From assembly GCA_963662355.1 (NCBI GenBank), contig OY759361.1, positions 1,865,668 through 1,929,667 on the forward strand: DNA of 64,000 bases, in the 5' to 3' direction. The notes under the pieces are model-generated. The model saw only the letters and a program-made list of their open reading frames with translations, searched no databases and had not been told where the DNA came from. Origin of the DNA: Gammaproteobacteria bacterium. Its GTDB lineage: Bacteria > Pseudomonadota > Gammaproteobacteria > UBA4575. The position numbers and the translations under genes are program-made. This document shows, in pieces, positions 1 through 9,967 of the stretch. Within the stretch, counting starts at the first letter, position 1, and every line of letters begins with the position of its first letter.

Positions 1-24
1 TCGAGAGTCGAAAAAGGAGAGTTT

Positions 25-741
25 ATGATGACAGGCATGCTCGCAAGCGTGCGCAATCTGGAAGAGGCAAATATCGTATGCGAAGGTGGCGCTGACATTG
101 TCGACCTTAAGGAACCTGACTACGGTGCACTAGGTGCCGTCCCCTTGGATATGATGCACCGCGTAGTCGATGCACTATGGGAAAAATGCCTCATTAGTGC
201 TACCACCGGAGACTTGCCCGCCAACGCATCCGCAATCGAAGATCAAGTCATGAAGACCTCCGAAACAGGTGTCGATTACGTCAAGGTAGGAATGTTCAGC
301 AAACAGCATATAGAAAACTGCCTCCCGCACCTGGCCTCTTGCGCCTGCAAGGGTATCGCCATAATTGCTGTTATGTTTGCTGATTTGGACTTTGATATGG
401 ATTATGCAATCCAAACGGCAAAACAGGCTGGGCTAAGAGGCATTATGCTGGATACGGCACGCAAGGGCTCTGGGAGCTTACTCAAGCACAAAAGTATTTT
501 GCAACTCGAGTATTTCGTTAACCGCTCCCGGCAAAATGGTTTGCTAATTGGGCTAGCCGGTTCGTTAACAGTAGAAGATATTCCAGCGGTAATCAAGGCT
601 GGCCCCAATTATATTGGTTTTCGCTCGGCACTATGCTCAAGCCAGCAAAGAACTAGCTATATCGACAAGAGCGCCTTTCAGGAGGTCAGAAGCAGTATTC
701 CTATCCTTGCCGGGCAGAATTCAGCTTCAAGAAAGATTTAA
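25..741 (+). CDS. mfnB: MfnB/DUF556-family protein, 4-(hydroxymethyl)-2-furancarboxaldehyde-phosphate synthase-like; furan moiety of methylofuran/methanofuran
   Basis: 238-aa ORF preceded by an AGGAG-type RBS (aaaaaggagagtttATG). The N-terminal pattern LEEANIVCEGGADIVDLKEP...GVDYVKVGMF is characteristic of the class-I-aldolase-like MfnB family. It is embedded in an H4MPT/methylofuran island. Confidence 0.6.
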   Translation: MMTGMLASVRNLEEANIVCEGGADIVDLKEPDYGALGAVPLDMMHRVVDALWEKCLISATTGDLPANASAIEDQVMKTSETGVDYVKVGMFSKQHIENCLPHLASCACKGIAIIAVMFADLDFDMDYAIQTAKQAGLRGIMLDTARKGSGSLLKHKSILQLEYFVNRSRQNGLLIGLAGSLTVEDIPAVIKAGPNYIGFRSALCSSQQRTSYIDKSAFQEVRSSIPILAGQNSASRKI

Positions 742-3247
742 AAGGCCGAGTGGACGTGGCCTCAAGCAATAGAGGAATAACGCTGAATGTTGCAAACAGG
801 GAAATCAGCATGGCTAAGCTGGTAAGCAGCCCAAAATAAATTGAGGGGATAAAGTTGGACAATACGAGTATGAGAAATCCCAGAGCAATTGTTATCGATG
901 TAAAATAAAGTGCTTTGCCAACGGTCGTTTGTGCAGTATGCATGGCCTTGAAGTGATCACCCCCGTGTGCGCATTCTTTCTTGTAACGATGAATGTAGTG
1001 TATGGCATAATCAACACCCACCCCTACCGTGATTGCAGCAGTAGTAATCGTCATGATATCCAGAGGTATCCCCAAGACGCCTATCAGTCCCAGTATAAAC
1101 AGTACAGTAAATGCATTGGGCAGAGCTCCGATTAACGCCAGCCTTAAACTGCGAAACAAAACTGTCAGCACAACAAGAATACAGGCAAATACTGTACCCA
1201 GAGTCAAAATCTGGGAGCGGAACAAACTCTGTAAGAGATTATTGTACAAAACACTTACACCGGTGAGTTTTGCCTCTTCATTCTCTTTGACATAATTGTT
1301 ATTGATTTCGGAGTGTATTTTTTTCAACAAGTCGTTTCTTACCAAAGAAGGATCTGAGTCCTTAATGCGTGCCAAAATTCTGGCCTGGGTCCCATCTTTC
1401 GAGATAAAGGGAAAGATCACATCTTGCTTCATATCTTCAGGCACTTTTGAGTAGATCAGCGACAAATGGAAGTCCTCCAAGGCTTCGCCATTGTTTACGG
1501 CCCGGAAGACTTGTTCAATACTCGAGAGTGACAGAACTTTACCGACCTGTGGCAAACCTTCAAGATAATCATGTATTCGATCTATTTTCCTGATACCGCT
1601 TCGATTGTACCAGTAGCTCTTGGTTGTGAAGTCATCCTGGGTGTCTTCAAGCTCTGCCAAGTAGTCATCAAATTCATCCATTTCCTCCTCGGTTTCTGCC
1701 TCCAGCCCGGTATCCGATGTAGCCTCAAGCATGACTTCTAGCGGGACTGTACCTCCGAGCTCCAGATCTATTGTTTTCAGCCCCTTATAAATGTCTGTTG
1801 ACTCCTTGAAGTAATCAATAAACCGGTTCTCAACAGTCAGCTGACTGATTCCAATCATACTGAACACAAACATACCCGCTAACACAGTTGCTGACATTTT
1901 CTTGTGTTCCATAACCAGACTGAGAATCCTGTCAAGAAACACGGAGTATGTATCTTTACGAAATTGCCTGGGCGCAGGACCTATCAGCCTGATCAGCGCA
2001 GGCAAGACAGTAAACGTGAGCACAAATGCACAGAAAAGTCCCAAAATCATCATGTACCCAAAAGTTATGAGAGGCCTTATGTCACTCAAAGTCAATGAAA
2101 AAAATGCGACAGCAGAAGTCAACACCATGTAAAAGCACGGAGTCACGATTTGTGACACTGCTGTTTTTGTATTTTCTTCAGTATTGTCACCTGGATTCAG
2201 CAACTGGATTTCCTGATACCGGATAATGACGTGTATCGACAACGCGATCGAAAAGATTATCAGTAACGCTATAAAGTTTGAGGAAACGACCGTCAGCTGA
2301 AAACCCAGCAAGCCTATGAGCCCGGTAACCAGCAGTACATTCAAGACTGCACATACTAACGCGAGAAATATCCATGCTGGATTGCGGAAAAAAATAAACA
2401 GTACGATGACCATAATGACCGCAATAGCAATGCCAAAAGTTTTCAAGTCGTTCAGGGCAAACATTTTCACGTCACTTATAATCAACGGCGTGCCTGCCAG
2501 ATAAAATTGACCTTTTTCTTGCACGCTGGAAAGTACAGCACGTATTGAAGTTAGAATACGTTCAAATCGCTTACTCTCTAATTCCTTTTGTACACTCAAC
2601 TTTTCCCGTACTGATTCAAGCTCAGCCTGTTCCCCTTCTGACAGCAGTTGGCTATTGTATTTTTGTACCAACTGAAATTTCCTCTCTAGCAACCCTGCAA
2701 GTTCATGGTTTTTCTGAATCGCCACCTGCATTGCAGTCAGACTGAGATCCTTGCTCACCAGATTATCTACGTAAATAGAACTGGTAGTGAATTCCTCAAG
2801 TGCCTTACCCAAATCTACTTGTGAGGACAGTAAATTTGGGTATGTTATCGCGCCGGTCTTTTCGTCCTCCTGCTGTTGTAAAAGTAATGGCACATTAACA
2901 ATTGAAGTAACTCCGGCTACGCCCTCGATCTGCCCAAACTGCTCTGAGAGGTTTTCAATCAGCTCAATCGTGTCCCTGTCCAGAATTCCCGCACGGGGCT
3001 TTACTCCAACAACGACAAAGTCATCCAGCCCAAAATGGCGATGCACTTTCCGGTAGTACTCAAGATCAGGATCGTTCTCAAGCATCAGTGAGTCAGGTGA
3101 TGCATCAATGTGCAGTTTTTTGATATGCGGACTTACGGCGATGACCAGTGCCAGCATACCCAAGATAACGAGATACGGGTGATGCATGACGATGCGTACA
3201 AAATTTCTCGTCAGTGTGTGGAACATTGTCAAATTTGTATCACTCAT
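701..3247 (-). CDS. RND-superfamily exporter with MMPL/sterol-sensing domain (HpnN-like)
   Basis: 848-aa ORF with two blocks of 5-6 hydrophobic helices separated by large soluble domains, the typical 12-TM RND/MMPL architecture. Its 3' end overlaps the convergent mfnB-like ORF by about 40 nt. Confidence 0.65.
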   Translation of the reverse strand: MSDTNLTMFHTLTRNFVRIVMHHPYLVILGMLALVIAVSPHIKKLHIDASPDSLMLENDPDLEYYRKVHRHFGLDDFVVVGVKPRAGILDRDTIELIENLSEQFGQIEGVAGVTSIVNVPLLLQQQEDEKTGAITYPNLLSSQVDLGKALEEFTTSSIYVDNLVSKDLSLTAMQVAIQKNHELAGLLERKFQLVQKYNSQLLSEGEQAELESVREKLSVQKELESKRFERILTSIRAVLSSVQEKGQFYLAGTPLIISDVKMFALNDLKTFGIAIAVIMVIVLFIFFRNPAWIFLALVCAVLNVLLVTGLIGLLGFQLTVVSSNFIALLIIFSIALSIHVIIRYQEIQLLNPGDNTEENTKTAVSQIVTPCFYMVLTSAVAFFSLTLSDIRPLITFGYMMILGLFCAFVLTFTVLPALIRLIGPAPRQFRKDTYSVFLDRILSLVMEHKKMSATVLAGMFVFSMIGISQLTVENRFIDYFKESTDIYKGLKTIDLELGGTVPLEVMLEATSDTGLEAETEEEMDEFDDYLAELEDTQDDFTTKSYWYNRSGIRKIDRIHDYLEGLPQVGKVLSLSSIEQVFRAVNNGEALEDFHLSLIYSKVPEDMKQDVIFPFISKDGTQARILARIKDSDPSLVRNDLLKKIHSEINNNYVKENEEAKLTGVSVLYNNLLQSLFRSQILTLGTVFACILVVLTVLFRSLRLALIGALPNAFTVLFILGLIGVLGIPLDIMTITTAAITVGVGVDYAIHYIHRYKKECAHGGDHFKAMHTAQTTVGKALYFTSITIALGFLILVLSNFIPSIYFGLLTSLAMLISLFATFSVIPLLLEATSTRPFKSFLKLNSARQG

Positions 3248-3296
3248 CAGCCTTGTAGACTAACACAAATATTAGGGCAAAGTGCCGAACAGACAT

Positions 3297-3884
3297 TCAG
3301 GTTATGCCTATCAGTTTTGCAAATTCATTGGCATGAGACTTGTGCATGAAGTGTGCTGTAATTCCCTTGTCTGCAAGCAGCGTAGGCAAAACCGGGTCTA
3401 TACACTCATGCTTTTTCAGATCATGAATTGAGACGTTTAAAAGTGTAGCCGGCGCAGATTTCACAAATAACAGATGTTCAATAGATAAATATCTGGCTAA
3501 CCATGCAGCGAGGCTGTCTGACGTGACGTCCCAAGTTCTTGCGAGCTCGCAATGCTGGCTCACCATATGATAAGGCTCCCATATTGCGACCTTGCCATCA
3601 TCCCAGCAGGATTGAATCCGTTCCCTGCAGCTTGCAAGACACATCCGTGGGCACAACGATGCCAACATGTAGCCAAACTGCTGCATACCTAGTACCGCCA
3701 TATTATGTGCGAGTGTCATGTCAAGGCCAAATTGCCTGTCAGTAGTACGCACTTGGTCTGCATAAGGGCCTCCACCCGGCACAATCACAAACTGATGTGT
3801 GCTGCAAGCATCCAAGATGTCCAGCCACTCCTTTAGGTGACTGCTCCCATACAAGCTGCCGCCGATCTTAACTACCCATGGCAT
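3297..3884 (-). CDS. amino-acid-kinase-fold protein (aspartate/glutamate/uridylate kinase superfamily; MfnE-like small-molecule kinase of methylofuran/H4MPT biosynthesis)
   Basis: 195-aa ORF; N-terminal VKIGGSLYGS...VIVPGGGPYAD matches the nucleotide-binding start of the amino acid kinase fold; island context. Confidence 0.55.
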   Translation of the reverse strand: MPWVVKIGGSLYGSSHLKEWLDILDACSTHQFVIVPGGGPYADQVRTTDRQFGLDMTLAHNMAVLGMQQFGYMLASLCPRMCLASCRERIQSCWDDGKVAIWEPYHMVSQHCELARTWDVTSDSLAAWLARYLSIEHLLFVKSAPATLLNVSIHDLKKHECIDPVLPTLLADKGITAHFMHKSHANEFAKLIGIT

Positions 3885-5310
3885 AGACTTTATTTTCGCC
3901 CAACAAATTCATCATTGCAGCCGCCTTGTCGAAGGTCTCCTGATACTCTGCATCCTCATCAGAATCAAACACAATCCCACCTCCCGCATAGAAATACATC
4001 TGATGGCTCCGATGCAAAATCGTACGAATTGCAATATTGATATCCATATTGCCATCGAACCCTATGTACCCTATCGACCCGCAATAAATACCCCGACGGT
4101 GTGGCTCCAATTCTTCTATCACTTCCATAGAACGGATTTTAGGCGCACCTGTTATCGAACCTCCCGGAAAACAACCTCGCAACAAATCCATTGCAGACCG
4201 GTGAGCTCTGAGCTTCCCTGTAATCGTGCTCACCATGTGATGTACATTTGGAAAACTTTCTATATCAAAAAGCTTCTGCACCTGCACAGATCCGAGTGCA
4301 CAATTCTTGCTGATGTCATTGCGTAGCAGATCAACGATCATGAGATTCTCTGCCTGATCCTTCACACTGAGTGCAAGTTCTTTTGCCAGACACCGATCCT
4401 TATTTTGATCTTGGGACCGTGGTCGTGTCCCTTTTATTGGCCTTGTCTTGACCATTCCGTCTTTGACTGATAAAAACTGTTCGGGCGAATTGCTTAACAC
4501 CTGAAATTCAGGGTAGTTCATGTAAGCACTGAATGGAGAAGGATTTATTTTTCTCAAAACCTGATAAGCTGACCAAGGGTCGCCTTCAACATCCGTAGTG
4601 AACCTTTGTGCAAGATTCACTTGGTAACAATCGCCTTCCAGAATATATTGTTTTATCTTCCTGAATGCATTGCCATAGTATTCCCGTGTCATGTTGGAGC
4701 TGATTGGGGCATTGACCCTGAATTCCTGATGTTTCTTGTGATTGGCCTGACTTGTGAATAGCTTTACTAATCCATTCCAGCACCTTTTGGTTCTGGTGTT
4801 TGAACAGTCTCCTACTAAAACCGATTTCATTTTAGAGTGGTCAACGACAACGGCCCAAGAGTAGATACCTATAACCATATCCGGTATCGCAACATCATTA
4901 GCAGCTACAGAGGGTATTTTCTCCATATAGCGGCATAGATCATAACTGAAAAAACCGAGTGCACCCCCTGCAAACGGAAGGTCACATGTATTTGGCCCAG
5001 TTTCCGGAAGCTGTTCGCGCAGAACCGTAAAAGGCCCATCCAGCACTGTATAGGACTGGGAACATGTCTGAATTTTCGTCCTGCAGTCCTGTGTGGTAAT
5101 ACAAACATCAGGTCTTGCAACCATGATGTCGTAGCGGCCCTGTGTGCCGGCTGGTCGATTGCTGTCGATGAAAACGGACCAAGGTTCACCTGCAATTTTA
5201 TTGAAGAGCAGCGCACTGTCTCTTTGGTATGGAAGATCAGCAAATGTGAGGTCCGTCATATGCAGTATCTCTGAAAACCCAAACAGGCAATGGATGCAGC
5301 TGAGGCACAA
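3868..5310 (-). CDS. pabB: aminodeoxychorismate/anthranilate synthase component I family protein (PabB-like; pABA supply for H4MPT)
   Basis: 480-aa ORF with the chorismate-utilising enzyme C-terminal signature SITGAPKIRSMEVIEELEPHRRGIYCGSIGYIGFDGNMDINIAIRT. Confidence 0.75.
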   Translation of the reverse strand: MCLSCIHCLFGFSEILHMTDLTFADLPYQRDSALLFNKIAGEPWSVFIDSNRPAGTQGRYDIMVARPDVCITTQDCRTKIQTCSQSYTVLDGPFTVLREQLPETGPNTCDLPFAGGALGFFSYDLCRYMEKIPSVAANDVAIPDMVIGIYSWAVVVDHSKMKSVLVGDCSNTRTKRCWNGLVKLFTSQANHKKHQEFRVNAPISSNMTREYYGNAFRKIKQYILEGDCYQVNLAQRFTTDVEGDPWSAYQVLRKINPSPFSAYMNYPEFQVLSNSPEQFLSVKDGMVKTRPIKGTRPRSQDQNKDRCLAKELALSVKDQAENLMIVDLLRNDISKNCALGSVQVQKLFDIESFPNVHHMVSTITGKLRAHRSAMDLLRGCFPGGSITGAPKIRSMEVIEELEPHRRGIYCGSIGYIGFDGNMDINIAIRTILHRSHQMYFYAGGGIVFDSDEDAEYQETFDKAAAMMNLLGENKVYAMGS

Positions 5311-6308
5311 TCCCCCACATTCACACCGTCATCAATGTCCTCATAGTCAAACAGGCTGGCCGCGTCCACATATCGTCGATTCAGGCGTTGAGCAATTTCT
5401 TTGACAAGAAAACGGCCGACTCCTGCTCCAACAACTGGAAAATTGAGTGATTGTTCCACCTTGGAAAGGTGCTTACGACATGCGTTAATGATCGTCTGTA
5501 TCTGTTGCTCACGTACATACTCAGCGACATCCCGCCACAGGCTTAATGCTTCCGGGACTGCATCGTAACCAAATATTCTTGCCAGACGGGCCGCGCTGGA
5601 CATCTTGTCCCTGCCTCGGCCATCAGGTGTATTGCCCATATCTGCATACCCTGGAAGTTCCCCGGTCAACCTGTACAGGTCCGCTGAACTTGCAAAATAC
5701 TCGTTGATTACCGGAATGAACCGGTCTTCTATAGGTGCTGCTTTGCAAAGGGCGAACACCGGCGTCCTCACCACACCACAATACACCAGTTCCTGCGCAT
5801 AAAGTCTCTCAGCATCAGTACAGCCTTCATTCATGACCTGATGACCCTGTATGGCCAAGATATCAGTCGTTGTGCTGCCGACATCTATAAAAAGCGCATC
5901 TTTCAGTTGGGTAGCAATAAAATTTGCACTACCAAACCAATTAGCAGAAGCGATATGCCTGTACTCTCTGACGGCTTCCCCGGCACTGACAAATCCTTTA
6001 GCTCCAGCAAAATAGCGTGTTTCCGTTTCGCTGAAGTTTTCTTCAATCTCACCAATAATCCTCCGGGTACCTTCTTTACGACTGTTGAAATGATCTACCA
6101 TTTCACCTGTCATCGTGATTGCGAACAAGGATTCCGAAAAATCTAATTGTTTACTGATTACGTCAATTGAAGCACGCAATTGATTCAGCCCTCTCCACAA
6201 TTGACAAGGTAGCTGATAGACATGAGATATCGACCTGCTGCCCGCAGCCTTAGCCACCTTGACATGAGCCCCACCGATATCCCAGCCCAAAACATTCTCA
6301 CGCGGCAT
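5256..6308 (-). CDS. hydantoinase/ASKHA-fold 'H4MPT-linked C1-transfer pathway' protein
   Basis: 350-aa ORF. The N-terminal GWDIGGAHVKVA and a second ...FIDVGSTTTDI match the two ASKHA phosphate-binding loops of the hydantoinase-A-like family that co-occurs with H4MPT genes. Confidence 0.55.
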   Translation of the reverse strand: MPRENVLGWDIGGAHVKVAKAAGSRSISHVYQLPCQLWRGLNQLRASIDVISKQLDFSESLFAITMTGEMVDHFNSRKEGTRRIIGEIEENFSETETRYFAGAKGFVSAGEAVREYRHIASANWFGSANFIATQLKDALFIDVGSTTTDILAIQGHQVMNEGCTDAERLYAQELVYCGVVRTPVFALCKAAPIEDRFIPVINEYFASSADLYRLTGELPGYADMGNTPDGRGRDKMSSAARLARIFGYDAVPEALSLWRDVAEYVREQQIQTIINACRKHLSKVEQSLNFPVVGAGVGRFLVKEIAQRLNRRYVDAASLFDYEDIDDGVNVGDCASAASIACLGFQRYCI

Positions 6309-7293
6309 GGCATGCCACCAGGTCTACCATGACTGTACCCATATCGGTGGGTACCAGACCAGGCAACTGTCTGTCGAGAAAACATTTCAGTATCAATTCA
6401 GCAGGGTTCACACACAAGACCGACCCAAGTCCTACATAGGAAGTGGTTAACCTAGGATTGATTTCAACCAGCAATATTTGATTCCCTGTAATTACAACAT
6501 CAACACCAACATATCCGCACAGTCCAGGTAATGCCTGCACCAGTCTGTCGCAAAATGGAGTGAATCTATCTCTCTCAAAAGCATTTACATTGCATTTGAC
6601 CCATTGCAAGCGGCCATTTCCTTCACGAATATATTGCTCATTGCAACTTAATACCGAACATCTGCCTTGCAGACACAGCAAGCTCAGGCTCGCATGCGTG
6701 CCCTGAACATAGGGCTGGAAAATATATTGATTCCTGTCAGGCAGGTCAGCAGCCGCCTGCAACTCAGACCGGTTATTTAAAAGGGATACTTCAGTGCAGC
6801 CAGCACCGTCTACAGGCTTCATTATAAATTGTTCTCCTCCCAGATGCCGGGCATCACTTGTCAGGCAGGTCGGAATTTGTGGGACGTTATGTGCCAGCAA
6901 GTGCCTGTATGTAGCATACTTGTTGCTGGTCAGCCTAATAGTTTCTATCTCACAGTTGAGCAGCTTGAACGTCTGCCCCGAACATCTTTTACAAAGTGAA
7001 TACAAAATGTCATCATATTCCGGTGCAATAATCAGCAATGCATCTTTCTTACAGGCAAGCTGCTCAAGCTTCTCTGAGTAATGCTCTCCAGGCTCAATTA
7101 CTATCGTTTCTGCACCTTCCACACCGTTTCCAAGGCGCTTGTCCCTGAGTATAAAGACACTGCAATCAGGTAACTGCTGGAAGTCATTGACAGCAGCCCG
7201 GAGCATCAAGTCCCCTTCTCTTTCCAAAGATGGTGACAGGGGCTGGCCCAGCATGCCTCCACCAGTGATATACTCAAAAATTAGGATATTCAT
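6298..7293 (-). CDS. ATP-grasp domain protein (H4MPT/methylofuran cofactor biosynthesis ligase, orf17/orf5-like)
   Basis: 331-aa ORF with the ATP-grasp C-terminal motif ILLVEINPRLTTSYVGL and MKPVDGAGC. Confidence 0.6.
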   Translation of the reverse strand: MNILIFEYITGGGMLGQPLSPSLEREGDLMLRAAVNDFQQLPDCSVFILRDKRLGNGVEGAETIVIEPGEHYSEKLEQLACKKDALLIIAPEYDDILYSLCKRCSGQTFKLLNCEIETIRLTSNKYATYRHLLAHNVPQIPTCLTSDARHLGGEQFIMKPVDGAGCTEVSLLNNRSELQAAADLPDRNQYIFQPYVQGTHASLSLLCLQGRCSVLSCNEQYIREGNGRLQWVKCNVNAFERDRFTPFCDRLVQALPGLCGYVGVDVVITGNQILLVEINPRLTTSYVGLGSVLCVNPAELILKCFLDRQLPGLVPTDMGTVMVDLVACHAA

Positions 7294-7302
7294 CTTCGTA
7301 CG

Positions 7303-8010
7303 ATGCAGATTGTTCCGGTACTTGACCTATCTAAAGGCCTGGTTGTTCATGCAAAAAAAGGAATCCGGAGACATTATAGGCCAATACAATCATCCTTATG
7401 CCCTACTGCCTATCCTGTAGGTGTTGTCCAAAATTTCATGGAGTTGTTTGACTTTCACACGCTTTATATTGCTGATCTGGATGCCATAGCGCTGCAGGGC
7501 CACAATGCAGATGTCGTTCAGGGTATCTGTGTTGAGTACCCAGAACTCGAAATATGGCTGGATACTGGGCCTTCGTTAATTAGTCACTACCTTGATAATC
7601 CAATCACTCCCTCGCTGCGAATAATCCTATCTACAGAATCCTTGCACTCCGCATCAATCTTAATTTCACTGAGAAATGCCTACCGGGATCATCGCTTTGT
7701 ACTTTCTCTTGATTACAAATCAAATTCCGTACTAGGATCACAGGAAATCATGCAGGAAAGAGATTCATGGCCATCAGATATAGTGGTTCTAAACCTGGAT
7801 CATGTAGGCACTTGCAGCGGAGTGAACTTCCCAGCCATACCGAACCAGCAGACATTATTTGCTATGCACAAAATTTACTATGGTGGCGGAATCAGAAATT
7901 ATGCTGATTTGCTGCAGCTGAAAAATCTGGGTGCTGCAGGTGCCTTGCTTTCCACAGCATTGCATGAAAAAACGGTTACCAAAACTGAACTGCAGTTGTT
8001 CAACCGATAA
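7303..8010 (+). CDS. HisA/HisF-family (beta/alpha)8-barrel protein associated with H4MPT biosynthesis
   Basis: 235-aa ORF. N-terminal MQIVPVLDLSKGLVVHAKKG resembles the HisA/HisF phosphate-binding start. It is the only plus-strand gene in the island. Confidence 0.55.
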   Translation: MQIVPVLDLSKGLVVHAKKGIRRHYRPIQSSLCPTAYPVGVVQNFMELFDFHTLYIADLDAIALQGHNADVVQGICVEYPELEIWLDTGPSLISHYLDNPITPSLRIILSTESLHSASILISLRNAYRDHRFVLSLDYKSNSVLGSQEIMQERDSWPSDIVVLNLDHVGTCSGVNFPAIPNQQTLFAMHKIYYGGGIRNYADLLQLKNLGAAGALLSTALHEKTVTKTELQLFNR

Positions 8011-9220
8011 TTTTTAGACTATCTCGTCTGCTCTGGTGCAACAATCTGCGCAATCGAGACTTGCCCAATTCATCCGAGGTGAAGTGTCCCAACAAGGCAT
8101 TGCGCCCTCGCTCCTGCAACTCACGCAGGCTAGGGCCGGTATAACAGCAGTACGAATGCTCTGTCTCAAAAATCTGCAGTTCCACAAGTCCTGGCAAATA
8201 TTCAATCAGCATTTCCCATATGTAGATACTCAATAGCTCGGTACTGGACCGCCAACTCAACTCGGCACTAACATAATTCAGAGTTTGGTGATCTAGTTCA
8301 TCAATCACTTTTTGGCTAACAATTCGTTTCAAATACCCATAATCCGCAACAAAGCCTGTAAGCGCATCGATTTGGTCCTCAACTTTCACGCTCATGGCGT
8401 AATGACCACCATGCAAGTTTACGCATTTCCCTGGGTGGTCAGTGATAAAATGTGCTGAATCAAACACCAGTTCCTTGACAACGGTTGCCCGATCATGCGA
8501 CTTAAAAAATCTCTCACATGCAGCAGGTATCTTTTCCAAGTACTCAGCTATCACTTCCAGTAAACGTGATGTGTCCTTGCGAGTTTCGCTTCTCATCAAA
8601 AGTCCATTTTCATGTACCGAGGCGTCAAGCCCTTTCAGGCAGACCTGATAATTCTTTTTCAGGTGGTCGCTGACCCTGTTTGCATCCTTGCAGTCCGGAA
8701 AATCAATAAACAGATATCCTGCATGCATCTCGCCAATATGTGCGATGAGTATCGTGATTTGCTGCAAAAATGACCCTGCAGATAATTGTGTGATTTCGGA
8801 AGGCACCCAAATACTGGGGATTTTTAGGCTGTTTCTGGCAATCACGCGGTGTGTTGCATTTTCATACATATATTCCTGCCTGAATTGAAACCCCAGAGAC
8901 CGCAATGATTCCAGATACCAGAGCAACTGTTCGAGTCTACGCACCCCAAGTGAAATCATCGTGAATTTGCCTTGCTGCACCATGGCCCGTGCCATTCCTA
9001 GACCCTTCAGAATATCCAGTGTATTCCGGCCAACTTTTCTGTCCGGCCTCCAGTAAGAAGAAATGTCATCCGCCTGATTAATCTGATCCGGGCTCAGCAC
9101 CAAATCCAGAGGCAGGTGATGACGTAAGGCATACTCTTGCAACGTCAAACCGCTACAAGCCAATAGATGCTCATTCGTCAAACTATTGCCAACATCTTCA
9201 TGACAATCAAGACATTGCAT
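8000..9220 (-). CDS. two-domain protein: uncharacterised N-terminal domain fused to a 6-pyruvoyl-tetrahydropterin synthase (PTPS/QueD)-like C-terminal domain
   Basis: 406-aa ORF. Residues about 240-360 carry PTPS-like motifs (VFDSAHFI...GKCVNLHGGHYAMSVKVE, ELSWRSSTE). PTPS paralogues can act as dihydroneopterin aldolase in pterin-branch biosynthesis. Confidence 0.55.
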   Translation of the reverse strand: MQCLDCHEDVGNSLTNEHLLACSGLTLQEYALRHHLPLDLVLSPDQINQADDISSYWRPDRKVGRNTLDILKGLGMARAMVQQGKFTMISLGVRRLEQLLWYLESLRSLGFQFRQEYMYENATHRVIARNSLKIPSIWVPSEITQLSAGSFLQQITILIAHIGEMHAGYLFIDFPDCKDANRVSDHLKKNYQVCLKGLDASVHENGLLMRSETRKDTSRLLEVIAEYLEKIPAACERFFKSHDRATVVKELVFDSAHFITDHPGKCVNLHGGHYAMSVKVEDQIDALTGFVADYGYLKRIVSQKVIDELDHQTLNYVSAELSWRSSTELLSIYIWEMLIEYLPGLVELQIFETEHSYCCYTGPSLRELQERGRNALLGHFTSDELGKSRLRRLLHQSRRDSLKIIG

Positions 9221-9284
9221 ATTCGAACCCAGTTTTCATACCGGTGGTAACACTGTTACAAATTATATCAGCAAAACAGTTGAC

Positions 9285-9314
9285 CAAAAAAAATGCCCCG
9301 CAATTGCGGGGCAT
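9285..9314 (-). terminator. rho-independent terminator downstream of fae
   Basis: GC hairpin gccccgcaattgcggggc (9295-9312) followed on the minus strand by an 8-nt U-run (plus-strand A-run 9286-9293). Confidence 0.75.
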
Positions 9315-9340
9315 TTCCTTAGGTTAACCTGAGAAAGTAA

Positions 9341-9868
9341 TCAGAAGCCTTTGAATGGATGCTCTGCACTGTCCTTTTGCGCAACCACTGCTGAGGCTTT
9401 GGGCTCGTCTTTGACAGCACGTTCCAAAGATTCTTTCACAGCCTTGTAGTTATTTTCATAGATAGCTTCATTGTCTTTTGCTTCCCAGTGAATGAAAACA
9501 CCTACACATACGAAAACGTCATCCGCTTCGTCTGCAGGAATAGTGCCATCTTCAACACTGTCTGCTACAGCTTTAGCGACCGCCACTTGTGCAGGACCAA
9601 ACATCTGTACAGCTTGGTTTGCACCCTTGATAGTCACTTTGTTGAACATCATGGTGTTAGGCTTACATGGCAAATTAGGAGCAATCACAGCCAGCAAAGT
9701 GGAAAAACCGTCCTTATTGTTAACCAAGCCATTACAAAAAGCAGTTTCAACGGCAGAGCCACGCGGGCCAATCAATAAATCGATATGCGCGATTTCTGCC
9801 ATTGTGCCGGAAGGATCATTATCATTAACGAGTGATTCTCCGACCATTACTTTGTTAATCAATGCCAT
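9341..9868 (-). CDS. fae: formaldehyde-activating enzyme (5,6,7,8-tetrahydromethanopterin hydro-lyase)
   Basis: 175-aa ORF co-linear with Fae ([14 protein letters not shown]...[17 protein letters not shown]...); strong downstream terminator. Confidence 0.85.
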   Translation of the reverse strand: MALINKVMVGESLVNDNDPSGTMAEIAHIDLLIGPRGSAVETAFCNGLVNNKDGFSTLLAVIAPNLPCKPNTMMFNKVTIKGANQAVQMFGPAQVAVAKAVADSVEDGTIPADEADDVFVCVGVFIHWEAKDNEAIYENNYKAVKESLERAVKDEPKASAVVAQKDSAEHPFKGF

Positions 9869-9967
9869 TATTATTCTCCTGTTTCATTTTGTTGTCGATA
9901 AACCGCAGACCATCAGTCCGCCCGTACCCTCATGGATTATGCTAGCAACTGCGCATTGTACCACACT

